64,000 bases of DNA. Source: Planctomycetota bacterium. GTDB lineage: Bacteria > Planctomycetota > B15-G4. Below the pieces are notes generated by a model. The model was not told the origin of the DNA, made no database searches, and saw only the letters and a program-made list of their open reading frames with translations. Shown here in pieces: positions 48,054-56,756 of this stretch (within the stretch, counting starts at the first letter, position 1; each line of letters begins with the position of its first letter). The stretch lies in NCBI GenBank assembly GCA_038212275.1, contig JBBQUR010000010.1, positions 1 to 64,000 on the forward strand. Direction: 5' to 3'. Both the position numbers and the translations under genes were made by a program.

Positions 48054-49078
48054 GCGGCTCGCGGCCGGGCGCGCCGCTGCGCCTTGCGTACAACACGAAC
48101 GGCTGGCCGCAGCACGAGCTGCCCGAGGCCGCCCGACAGCTCGCGGCGCTCGGCTACGACGGCATCGCGATCACGCCCGACACGTTTCACCTGAACCCGC
48201 TCCGCGACGGCGCCGTGTCCGAAGCGCGTCAGCTGCGCCGGTTGCTCGACGAACTTCCGCTTGCGGTCGCCGTGGAGACAGGCGCGCGCTTCCTGCTGGA
48301 CCCAGCCCGCAAGCACCAGCCCACCCTGCTCAGCGGCTCGTCGGGCGCGCGCGCAAGACTCGACCTGCTGCGCCGCTGCTTCGACCTCGCCGTCGAGCTT
48401 CGCGCCGAGACCTTCTCCTTCTGGGCCGGGACCTGGGCGCCGGACGACGCGCCCACGGCGGCGACCATCACCTCGATGCCAGCGCGCGACGAGCAGCCCG
48501 CGACCGCCACCGCCGCGACCGCCGCCACCGCCGCCGCGACCGATGCCGCCACAGCCGCCACCGCCGCTGCGGCCGCAGCAGCCGCAGCCACCACGCCGCC
48601 GCGCGAGCTGCTGCTCGAGCGATTGTGTGCGGGGGCCGGCGCGTTGCTCGATCACGCGCGCGGCAGCGGTGTCGCCGTGTGTTTCGAGCCGGAGCCCGGC
48701 ATGGCGGTCGCATCGCTCGCGGAGCTGGACGAGTTTCTCGCCCGGCTCGCGCGACCCGAGCTGCGCGTCATGCTCGATGTCGGGCATGTGCCGGTGACGG
48801 AGCGCGAACGCCCCGGGTCGACCGCCGCGGCGGAGTCGGTGACGGCCCTGGCGAAGGCGGGCCGGCTCGGTGGCCTGCAGCTGGACGACTGCCGCGGCCG
48901 CGTGCACGAGCACTTGCTCCCCGGCGAAGGCGAGACGGACTGGCGCGCCTTGCTGGCGGCCATCGCGGAGAGCGGCTATGTGGGCCTCGCCTCACTGGAG
49001 CTGCCGCGGCATGGGCATGACCCGGTGAGCGCTGCCCGTCGCGCGCTGGCCTTCCTGCGCGGGCAGCCGCCGGGCTGA
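48050..49078 (+). CDS. Sugar phosphate isomerase/epimerase (xylose isomerase-like TIM barrel)
   Basis: AYNTNG, ETGARFLLDP..KH.PTL, FEPEPGM, LDVGH, HEHL.PGEG; GTGA overlap with rsmB. Confidence 0.85.
   Translation: MSGSRPGAPLRLAYNTNGWPQHELPEAARQLAALGYDGIAITPDTFHLNPLRDGAVSEARQLRRLLDELPLAVAVETGARFLLDPARKHQPTLLSGSSGARARLDLLRRCFDLAVELRAETFSFWAGTWAPDDAPTAATITSMPARDEQPATATAATAATAAATDAATAATAAAAAAAAATTPPRELLLERLCAGAGALLDHARGSGVAVCFEPEPGMAVASLAELDEFLARLARPELRVMLDVGHVPVTERERPGSTAAAESVTALAKAGRLGGLQLDDCRGRVHEHLLPGEGETDWRALLAAIAESGYVGLASLELPRHGHDPVSAARRALAFLRGQPPG
48500..48595. repeat. Ala/Thr low-complexity in-frame insertion (GCC/ACC repeats)
   Basis: Encodes ATATAATAATAAATDAATAATAAAAAAAAATT inside the TIM-barrel gene. 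Confidence 0.8.
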
Positions 49079-49109
49079 CACGCACATCACTCAAAGGACT
49101 TCCGGGATC

Positions 49110-49799
49110 ATGACCAGCCCCGCACACGCCACGTTCCTTCCGCATCCGAAGCGCGCGCTCTCACCGGAGGCGCTGCTGGATTCGCTGCGCACGCGCTACG
49201 CCGTCAAGGCTTTCGATCCGTCGCGGAAGATCCCTGCCGACGACTGGCGCGCGCTGGAGCAGGCGCTGCTCCTCTCGCCCTCGTCCTACGGCCTGCAGCC
49301 GTGGAAGTTCCTGGTCATCGATGATCCGGCGCTGCGCGCGAAGCTGCAGACGGTGTCATGGGGTCAGCGCCAGGTCGTGGATGCATCGCATTTCGTGGTG
49401 ATCGCCGCGAGGCGCTCGATGGATGTGGAGCATATCGACCGCTTCCTGCGGCGCACGGCCGAAGTGCGCGGCGTGAGCCTCGACTCACTTGCGGCGTACC
49501 GGAAGCTCATCGTGCATTCGCTCGTGAGTCCGCCCGCGGGCTTCGATGCGCACTCCTGGTCCTCGCGACAGGCCTACATCGCGCTGGGCATGTTCCTCGA
49601 GAGCGCGGCGCTGCTCGGCATCGACGCGTGCCCGATGGAGGGCATCGAGCCGCTGAAGTACGACGAGATCCTGGGACTCGGCGCGCACGGCTACGGCGCC
49701 GTGGTCGCCGTCGCGGCCGGCTTCCGGTCAGCGCAGGACGCCTACCAGCACGCGGCCAAGGTGCGCTTCGACATCGGGGACGTCATCGAGCACCGCTGA
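49110..49799 (+). CDS. NAD(P)H-dependent nitroreductase (NfsB-like)
   Basis: RYAVKAFD, SPSSYGLQPW, GIDACPMEG, KVRF. Confidence 0.92.
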   Translation: MTSPAHATFLPHPKRALSPEALLDSLRTRYAVKAFDPSRKIPADDWRALEQALLLSPSSYGLQPWKFLVIDDPALRAKLQTVSWGQRQVVDASHFVVIAARRSMDVEHIDRFLRRTAEVRGVSLDSLAAYRKLIVHSLVSPPAGFDAHSWSSRQAYIALGMFLESAALLGIDACPMEGIEPLKYDEILGLGAHGYGAVVAVAAGFRSAQDAYQHAAKVRFDIGDVIEHR

Positions 49800-51087
49800 G
49801 CGGCACTTTCCCGCCCTTGGCGAGTCGATGCAGTTCGTCGTCCTCGAGCAGCGCGCGGGCTTCCTTCGCGGCGCGGAAGAGCACTTCGACGCGCTCGTCG
49901 CTCGGCTCGTAGCCGTGCTCCTTGAGCCACCACACCACGTTGCTCTTGCCGGACATCGGCCCCACGCGGATGACCTGCTTGAGTCCGAACTCTCCGGCGG
50001 GCACGCCCGAGTAGACGCGGTCCGCGAGCCATGCATCGCCCTTCTGCAGCGCCTTGATGACGGCGGCGGCGTGAACGCCCGTGCCCGTCTCGAAGGCGTC
50101 GCGCCCGAAGACCGGGTAGCCGATCGGAATGGGCACCTTCGTCGCGCGCGAGGTGAGGTGCACGTACTCGCCGAGGCGGCGCAGGTCGTTGTCGATCCAG
50201 CCGAGCAGCTTGAGGTTCACGAGCAGCAGGTCCATCGGGACGTTGCCTGCGCGCTCGCCGATGCCGAGGCCGGTGCCGTGTACGCGATGCGCGCCGGCCT
50301 GCAGCGCGGCGATCGCGTTCTGGATGCCGAGGCCGCGGTCCATGTGCCCGTGCCAATCGATCTTCACGTCCTTGCGGCCGCTCTTTTCGACGAGCTTGAC
50401 CGCCCAGCGGATGAGGTTGCGGGCGCCGTCCGGCGTGGCGTGGCCGCAGGTGTCGCAGAAGCAGAGGCGCGAGGCGCCGTGGTCGAGCGCCGCGCCGTAG
50501 AGCGCCTCGAGCGTCTTCGGGTCGGCGCGCGTCGTGTCCTCCGTCACGAACATCACGGAGAGCCCCTCGGCGCGCGCGAACTTCAGCGCGGCCACGGAGT
50601 GCTTGAGCATCGTCGCGACGTCCCAGTCCTCGGTGTACGCGCGGATCGCGGAGCTGCCGATGAACGTGGAGACCTCGATCTTCACGCCGGTCTTCTGCTG
50701 GATCTCGGCCACGGGCCGGATGTCGGCCTCGACCGTGCGGGCCGCGCAGTTGGGCTCCAGGTCGAGCCCGGCGTCGCGGATCTCCTCGGCAAGGCGCGTG
50801 ACCGTGGACACGACGTGCGGGCCGGCGCCCGGCAGGCCGATGTTCGGGTAGCGCAGCCCGAGCGCGGACATGAGGTGCAGCAGCTCGATCTTCTCGTCGA
50901 TCGTCGGCGCCGTGACCGACGGACATTGCAGGCCGTCGCGCAGAGTTTCGTCGTCGAATTCGATCGGATGCGGAGGACGCGTCACGGCCTCCGCGGTGTT
51001 CCAGTCGTGGATCAGGCCTTCACGGGACTGGTCGGCGCCAGGCTGGCCGGCGGTGGGCGGAGAGGGACGCTGGGGCTCATTGCTCAT
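49783..51087 (-). CDS. 2-isopropylmalate/homocitrate synthase-like DRE-TIM enzyme without a regulatory domain
   Basis: DETLRDGLQ, EDTTRAD, HGHMDRG, GIGERAGN, GVHAAA, GPMSGKSN. Confidence 0.88.
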   Translation of the reverse strand: MSNEPQRPSPPTAGQPGADQSREGLIHDWNTAEAVTRPPHPIEFDDETLRDGLQCPSVTAPTIDEKIELLHLMSALGLRYPNIGLPGAGPHVVSTVTRLAEEIRDAGLDLEPNCAARTVEADIRPVAEIQQKTGVKIEVSTFIGSSAIRAYTEDWDVATMLKHSVAALKFARAEGLSVMFVTEDTTRADPKTLEALYGAALDHGASRLCFCDTCGHATPDGARNLIRWAVKLVEKSGRKDVKIDWHGHMDRGLGIQNAIAALQAGAHRVHGTGLGIGERAGNVPMDLLLVNLKLLGWIDNDLRRLGEYVHLTSRATKVPIPIGYPVFGRDAFETGTGVHAAAVIKALQKGDAWLADRVYSGVPAGEFGLKQVIRVGPMSGKSNVVWWLKEHGYEPSDERVEVLFRAAKEARALLEDDELHRLAKGGKVPLSGAR

Positions 51088-51248
51088 GCAGCGCATTCTA
51101 GCCGCGATGCGGCCCCCTTCGCGCGCCGTCCGTGCTTCGAGCTGCGTCCCGCCGCCTCGCGGTGCGTCGCGGCGCATCGAGACGCGTCGCGAGCCACGCG
51201 GATGAGAGGCCTTCGGCCCCTCGCCGGCCTGCTCGGACAGCGGCTTGC

Positions 51249-52292
51249 TCAGACAGCGGGCGGCTGACCCGGCTCGCTGAAGAACGGGTCGCCCGAGTCG
51301 AGCTTGGAGAGCCAGGCGTGGAAGTCGATGCGCTCGTTGCTGCCGATGGCGGTGCCCGCGCCCAGCATCTGGTCCACGACCTCGTTCGGCAGCGAAGCGT
51401 CGGCGGTCAGCTCCTTGCCCGAGAACGACCCGTCGAGGGCGAGCAGCCCGCGTCGCTGCAGCGGCCGGAGCAGGTGCCGGCGCCGAAGCAGGTCCTCCTC
51501 GCTCTCGCTCACCAGTTTGACCAGATCCACGGCATCGACCGAGCCCACGCCCTCGACCAGCTCCTGGTAGAGCATGGTCACGAGGATGAGCAGGGCGTCG
51601 AGGTCGAGGCCATGCTGCTCGCGCAGTTGCAGCAGCGGCAGCGCGTCGGTGACCGGGGTGAGGGCAAGGCGCTGGCTCGTGCGCAGCGCGTGCGCCCGCG
51701 CGCGGCCGAGCAGCACGCCGGCGCCGTCCGCGACGGGCAGCCCCGTGCCGGACCACGGATCCAACTGGAAAAGCAGTGCGGCGCGCCGCCGGTAGATGAG
51801 CGAGAGCCGGCGCAGGTCCGAGAGCACCTCCGCGTTGTTGCGATACGGCGCGGTGGTCTCCTCCGCATCCGTCGGCGCGATGCGGCGCGCGAAGATGTCG
51901 CAGGCGATGCGGAAGACATGGTCGGAGAGGCGATAGAGCGTGGCCTGAGCCGCGACGCCGTCCACCGGCAACGACTCGGGCAGCAGCAGCCCGCCGCTCA
52001 GCAGGCGCCCGTCGGAGGTCAGCCGTGCAAGTGCCTCCAGCCGGCCGACGCTGTCCGGCGAGGCACGGCGCGCGAGCTCGCTGCCCGTGATGCACGGACG
52101 GCCTTCGAGGCGCTCCGCGAGGGCGATCAGCAGCAGGCGCAATTCTTCCGACGAGACCTTCTGGCGGACGAGGAGTCCGAAGAGATCGCCCTTGCGGGGC
52201 GGACGGCCCAGCAGCCGCGGGAGCTCCGGAGCGGAGCGGTCCAGGGCCGAGAGCAGGCGCGCCAGGGCGGAGCGTTCAGTGGTGGTCGTCAC
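51249..52292 (-). CDS. Hypothetical protein with an internal duplication of a winged-helix-like unit
   Basis: GTG start with AGAAGGA ribosome-binding site; two similar units ending L..DGRLLSGGLL and L.RPLQRRGLL. Confidence 0.65.
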   Translation of the reverse strand: MTTTTERSALARLLSALDRSAPELPRLLGRPPRKGDLFGLLVRQKVSSEELRLLLIALAERLEGRPCITGSELARRASPDSVGRLEALARLTSDGRLLSGGLLLPESLPVDGVAAQATLYRLSDHVFRIACDIFARRIAPTDAEETTAPYRNNAEVLSDLRRLSLIYRRRAALLFQLDPWSGTGLPVADGAGVLLGRARAHALRTSQRLALTPVTDALPLLQLREQHGLDLDALLILVTMLYQELVEGVGSVDAVDLVKLVSESEEDLLRRRHLLRPLQRRGLLALDGSFSGKELTADASLPNEVVDQMLGAGTAIGSNERIDFHAWLSKLDSGDPFFSEPGQPPAV

Positions 52293-52505
52293 GGATGTCC
52301 TTCTCTTCAGGGCGGCTGTCCGAGCCGCGACGCCGAGACCCATCGGGCCCGGGCGAGCAAGCGGCTTCCAGCCGCGAAGGTCCCGAAAGTACGCGGAACA
52401 CCCCACAGAGTAACCCACCTGCGGTGACGTGCCCGGTGTCGTCACGCATGCTGTCGCATCGATGCACGGATGGTGGCCGCAGGTCGGGCTGTTAGGCTTC
52501 CGCCG

Positions 52506-53777
52506 ATGATGGAACCGCCGCTTCGGCCGCCGCAGGAATTGCCCGCCGGCAGTCCCGTCCCTCCTGCGGCGCCGGAGCGTGGCTCGGCAGAGTTCGCAGG
52601 CGCGCACGGGATGGCCCGCGCGCGTCGCTCTGCAGCGCTGGGTCGGCGCGCGGCGCTCATCATTGCCGTGCTGCTGCCGCCGCTCGTCCTGCGCGGCTGC
52701 GTGCTCGACGCCGTGGCCATCCGGCAGACGTCGATGGAGCCGATGTTCAAGGAGAACGATCACCTGCTGGTCCTGCGCCGCGGCGTCGATCCGCGGCCAC
52801 TGCAACGCTGGGACGTGGTCGTGATCGATGGCGTCATCGACAGGGAATTGCCCGAGGGCGTGAGCGCCATGCTGAAGCGCGTCGTCGGTCTCCCGGGCGA
52901 ATGCCTGCAGATTCTCGATGGCGACGTGTTCGCGGCAGTGCCGGACGAATCCGGTTGCCGAGACGCGCGGCCCGTGCTGATCCGCAAGCCGGATGTGCTG
53001 GTGGAGGCGATGCTCGTGCCGTTGCACGTCGGCGCGGGGCTCGTGGCGCCGTGGACCTGGGCGGGGCCCGGCCAGCGCGAGCAGTTGCCGAACGGAGGCA
53101 CGCGCCTCACTGCGGGCGAGCAGCCCGGCCTCGCGGTCTTCGAGCAGAATCTCACCGACGGACAGCTCGACGCGCCGGGCGAGGAGGCTGTGCTCGACAC
53201 CGCGTTGAGCGTCACCGTTGGCGAGGGCGACGCGATCCTCGAGCTCTGGTTGCGCGAGGGCGCGGATGTCTTTCGCGCACGCCTTGCTCCGGCGGCGCGC
53301 GGCGGCGCGTCGCTGCACCACAATCTGGGCGGCGGCGTCGTGACGGCCGCACCTGATTTTCCAGGCCTGCAGCCCGGCCAGACGGTGCTTTTCTGGAACG
53401 TGGACAACGGCGTCAGGCTGCGCGTGGACGGCCAGCCGGTGCTGAACTTCGACTATGCGCAGAACGAGCCGCAACCGCCGGGCGCACCACGGCGCAACGA
53501 GCCGGCACTCGCCGTGGAAGACGGCAGTCTGGAGCTTCGGACCGTGACGGTTCTGCGCGATGTGCACTACAGTGTGCGCGGCATCTACGCAGCGGCCGGT
53601 GAGCCGCCTTCCCACGTGCCCCAGGGACAGCTCTTCGTGCTTGGCGATCACAGCAATCAAAGCCGCGACAGTCGCTCCTTCGGGCCCGTCGGACAGGAGC
53701 TCGTGCTCGGGCGGCCGCTGCTGCGCTACGCACCGTGGCCGCGGGCCGAGTGGCTGTCCGCGTCGGGTCAGCCGTGA
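52506..53777 (+). CDS. Signal peptidase I (S26) with a large beta-rich insertion
   Basis: Transmembrane helix, QTSMEP (catalytic Ser), LKRVVGLPG (catalytic Lys), FVLGDHSNQSRDSRSFG. Confidence 0.88.
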   Translation: MMEPPLRPPQELPAGSPVPPAAPERGSAEFAGAHGMARARRSAALGRRAALIIAVLLPPLVLRGCVLDAVAIRQTSMEPMFKENDHLLVLRRGVDPRPLQRWDVVVIDGVIDRELPEGVSAMLKRVVGLPGECLQILDGDVFAAVPDESGCRDARPVLIRKPDVLVEAMLVPLHVGAGLVAPWTWAGPGQREQLPNGGTRLTAGEQPGLAVFEQNLTDGQLDAPGEEAVLDTALSVTVGEGDAILELWLREGADVFRARLAPAARGGASLHHNLGGGVVTAAPDFPGLQPGQTVLFWNVDNGVRLRVDGQPVLNFDYAQNEPQPPGAPRRNEPALAVEDGSLELRTVTVLRDVHYSVRGIYAAAGEPPSHVPQGQLFVLGDHSNQSRDSRSFGPVGQELVLGRPLLRYAPWPRAEWLSASGQP

Positions 53778-54484
53778 CAGGCAGCGCGGCTGAACCCGAA
53801 TTCCGGCCGCTGGGAGGTCTCCCGAGGTCGCAACCCGCTGAGGCGAGCCCGGTTGAATCGCCCGCTTGTTTCTCCCCGAGTTCTTCCCAGCCCATGGGTC
53901 CCCTCGACGGCCGCGAGATGATGCTCGCCGTGACGAGAGAGGTTCCGGGCGCCTTCGAGCGACTGGTTGCCGTGTACGAGTCCCGCATCAAGGCCGCTGT
54001 CGCGCGCTCCATCAACGACCGGGCGTCTGTGGACGACCTCTCCCAGGAAGTGCTCCTGAGGTTGTATCGCGCGCGGGCTCGCTACGAGCCGACCGCGCGC
54101 TTCGAGACCTTCCTCTACAGGATCATCTTCAACCTCTGCGTGAACCACACGCAGTACCAGCGGCGGCGGCGCACGCTGAGCCTGGAGCAGTCCGGCGGCG
54201 GTGAGGATGATTCCGTCAGTCTGCCGGCCGACCCCGCCGCGCTGATGCCGATCGAGGACGTGGCCCGCGATGAGCGTGCGCGTCTGGTGCGCGACGCGAT
54301 CACCGCGCTGCCCGAGAATCAGCGGCGCGCTCTGCAGCTCTCCCGCTTCGAGGGTCTCGGCTACGACGAGATCTCGGGAGTCATGGATCTCTCGGTGCAG
54401 GCCGTGAAGTCGCTGCTCTGGCGCGCGAGGGAAAATCTGCGACTCAGCCTGGCTGCGCAGCTCGGAGACTTCGCCGATGAATGA
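53774..54484 (+). CDS. ECF RNA polymerase sigma factor
   Basis: DDLSQEV, FETFLYRIIFN, LPENQRRAL, YDEIS, VKSLLWRAR; GTG overlaps the peptidase stop (alternative ATG 53894). Confidence 0.92.
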   Translation: MTGSAAEPEFRPLGGLPRSQPAEASPVESPACFSPSSSQPMGPLDGREMMLAVTREVPGAFERLVAVYESRIKAAVARSINDRASVDDLSQEVLLRLYRARARYEPTARFETFLYRIIFNLCVNHTQYQRRRRTLSLEQSGGGEDDSVSLPADPAALMPIEDVARDERARLVRDAITALPENQRRALQLSRFEGLGYDEISGVMDLSVQAVKSLLWRARENLRLSLAAQLGDFADE

Positions 54485-54980
54485 GCACGACGGCGTGCGC
54501 CTGATGAGTTACGCGGACGGCAGCCTGTCGCCCGCGGAACGCGAGGCAGTCGAGGCGTGGATCTCGGTGGACCCGGAGGCGCGTCGGCTGCTGGCCGAGC
54601 ATCGCGCGCTCTGGGCGCTGCTGGGCGAGGCGGACTTCGCTGCGACACCCGCGACCTCCGAGGATTTCCGTCGCCGCACGCTGCAGCGCGCGACCGAGCC
54701 GGAGACCGCTGCGTGGAAGCCTCGCGCGATCGCCCTGCTGGCAGCCTCGGTGCTCGTCGGCGTGATCATGTTCGCGTGGCTCGATGCGTCGTCGCGGAGC
54801 ACGCTCCGTGCTGACGACGTCGTCGTCGTCGGCAACCTCGATCTGCTCGAGCACCTGTCGTTCGTCGACGAGCACGCCGCCTCGCTGGACGAGTCGGCGT
54901 TCGCTTCGGTGCTGCACGAGTTTGCGCCACCGTCCTCCCGGGACATGCCGGAGCCCGGGGCCTTCGAGGAAGGCCGATGA
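54477..54980 (+). CDS. Putative transmembrane anti-sigma factor
   Basis: LMSYADGSLSPAEREAVE anti-sigma-like N-terminus, one transmembrane helix, NLDLLE; overlaps the ECF stop. Confidence 0.8.
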   Translation: MNEHDGVRLMSYADGSLSPAEREAVEAWISVDPEARRLLAEHRALWALLGEADFAATPATSEDFRRRTLQRATEPETAAWKPRAIALLAASVLVGVIMFAWLDASSRSTLRADDVVVVGNLDLLEHLSFVDEHAASLDESAFASVLHEFAPPSSRDMPEPGAFEEGR

Positions 54981-55837
54981 ACCGGACCTCCCGCTGCCTG
55001 CGCGTCACGTTTCTGGCCGCGCTGCCGGTGCTGCTGCTCGCGGCGAGCTGGGCCCCCTTGCTCCAGTCCGCCGGGCAATTCGATTCGCGACAGTTCGGCG
55101 TGAATGAGAATCGCTGGCGCGCGCTGTCCGAGGCGAGCCGCCAGGAGCTGCGCATCAAGTGGCAGGCCTTCTGCAAGCTGCCGGAAGCCGAGCGAGAGCA
55201 GTACGTGCAGCGCATGGACATCCTGCGCCGCATGACCAGCACGCTACGCCGCATCCTCGGTCGCGAACCGCGCGCCGAGGAGCTCGACTTTCAGCTCGAT
55301 CAGACGCGGGAGCCGCTGCATGCGTGGCTCACGCAGGAGCTGGCGCTCGACGCTTCCGTGGACGACCTGAGCTTGCGGACCACTGCGGAGGAGGTGCTTG
55401 CCGAGAGGATCGCCGGCTTCCTGGGCCAGCTCGTTGCGGACGGCCAGTTGAGCTCCGCCGAGAGCGACCGCATCCTCGCGCAGCCCCTGAGCCTGGTCAT
55501 TCGCGACGCCGTCGGTCTGCACGCCGCCGCGCAGCAGCGCAGCGGCGATTCGATGGCTGCGAGCGGCTCCGGCCCGGCAGGCTCCGACTTTGCCGGACTG
55601 CTGAGCAGGAGCGAGCGCGAGGCGCTGGAGAGCGGCCGCTCGCCCAGCGGTCGCAGCGTCCGCGACCGAGACCCGGGTGGCGGCGGCGACCCGCTCCGCC
55701 TGCGGCTTTTCAAGCTTGCGTTCGTAGCGCAGCGGTTCCGTGAAGCGGGCATGTCCGAGCAGGAAGTGCAGAAGGCCGTGATGCTGCCCATGGCCGAGCT
55801 CGAGCAGCTCATCAACGAGCAGCTCGGGCTGCGCTGA
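54977..55837 (+). CDS. Exported helical protein (DUF3106-like)
   Basis: Signal/TM segment, then W.ALSE..R / F..LPE..R repeats; ATGA overlap with the anti-sigma gene. Confidence 0.6.
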   Translation: MNRTSRCLRVTFLAALPVLLLAASWAPLLQSAGQFDSRQFGVNENRWRALSEASRQELRIKWQAFCKLPEAEREQYVQRMDILRRMTSTLRRILGREPRAEELDFQLDQTREPLHAWLTQELALDASVDDLSLRTTAEEVLAERIAGFLGQLVADGQLSSAESDRILAQPLSLVIRDAVGLHAAAQQRSGDSMAASGSGPAGSDFAGLLSRSEREALESGRSPSGRSVRDRDPGGGGDPLRLRLFKLAFVAQRFREAGMSEQEVQKAVMLPMAELEQLINEQLGLR

Positions 55838-55954
55838 GGGCGAGGCTGGGGCGAGGCTGGGGCGTGGCGGCCGATCGGTCGGCGGAGTCTGAAGTGCGCC
55901 TTCAGCCGACGGGGCCGTTGACAGAGGCGAGCCGGGCGTCGTAAGTATCAAGCC

Positions 55955-56752
55955 GTGCGTGCACAAACCCTGGCCTCGGTCGTGCCGCCCCGCAAGGTCC
56001 TCGAGCGTGTCGTGGTGGTCATGCCCGCCCACAACGCCCAGAGCACCCTGGAGGCCACCTTCCGTGACATCCCGGACAGCGTTGTGTCCGAGGTCATCCT
56101 GGTGGATGACGCGTCGAAGGATCACACGCAGGACCTGGCGCGCCAGCTCGGCATTACGACGCTGCGCCACGAGCGGAACACCGGCTACGGCGGCAACCAG
56201 AAGACCTGCTACCGCGAGGCGCTCAAGCGCGGTGCCGACATCGTCATCATGGTGCACCCGGACTACCAGTACGACGCGCGCGTCATCGGGGCGATGGTCA
56301 CCTTCCTGCGGCTCGGTATCTGCGACGTCGTGCTCGGTTCACGCATCCGCACGCGCCACGAGGCTCTCAAGGGCGGCATGCCCTTCTGGAAGTACATGTG
56401 CAATCGCCTGCTCACGCTGACCGAGAACGTCGTGCTCGGCCAGAATGTCGGTGACTTCCACACCGGCTTGCGCGCCTACACGCGCGAGGTGCTGGAGACC
56501 GTCCCGTTCGAGCTCGACTCCGACGACTTCGTCTTCGACACCCAGTTTCTAGTCCAATGCGTGCACTTCGGCTTCAAGATCGGCGACGTGCCGGTGCCGG
56601 CGCGCTACTTCGAGGAGGCGTCCTCGATCAACTTCCGGCGCAGCGTGAGGTACGGACTCGGTACGCTCGGCGCGCTCGGCAAGTTCCTGCTGCAGCGGAC
56701 GGGCGTGCGCCATTTCAAGGTTTTCGTGCCGGCCAACCTGCCGCGGTGGTGA
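55955..56752 (+). CDS. Glycosyltransferase family 2 (polyprenol-phosphate glycosyltransferase-like)
   Basis: MPAHNA, VDDAS, GYGGNQK, HPDYQY, GSR, DFHTG, FVFD. Confidence 0.9.
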   Translation: MRAQTLASVVPPRKVLERVVVVMPAHNAQSTLEATFRDIPDSVVSEVILVDDASKDHTQDLARQLGITTLRHERNTGYGGNQKTCYREALKRGADIVIMVHPDYQYDARVIGAMVTFLRLGICDVVLGSRIRTRHEALKGGMPFWKYMCNRLLTLTENVVLGQNVGDFHTGLRAYTREVLETVPFELDSDDFVFDTQFLVQCVHFGFKIGDVPVPARYFEEASSINFRRSVRYGLGTLGALGKFLLQRTGVRHFKVFVPANLPRW

Positions 56753-56756
56753 TGGC

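Noticed and set aside
51088..53660. Extended N-termini of ORFs 49783..52095 and 51249..53660
   Set aside because: Open frames overlapping neighbouring genes; better starts are at 51087 and 52292
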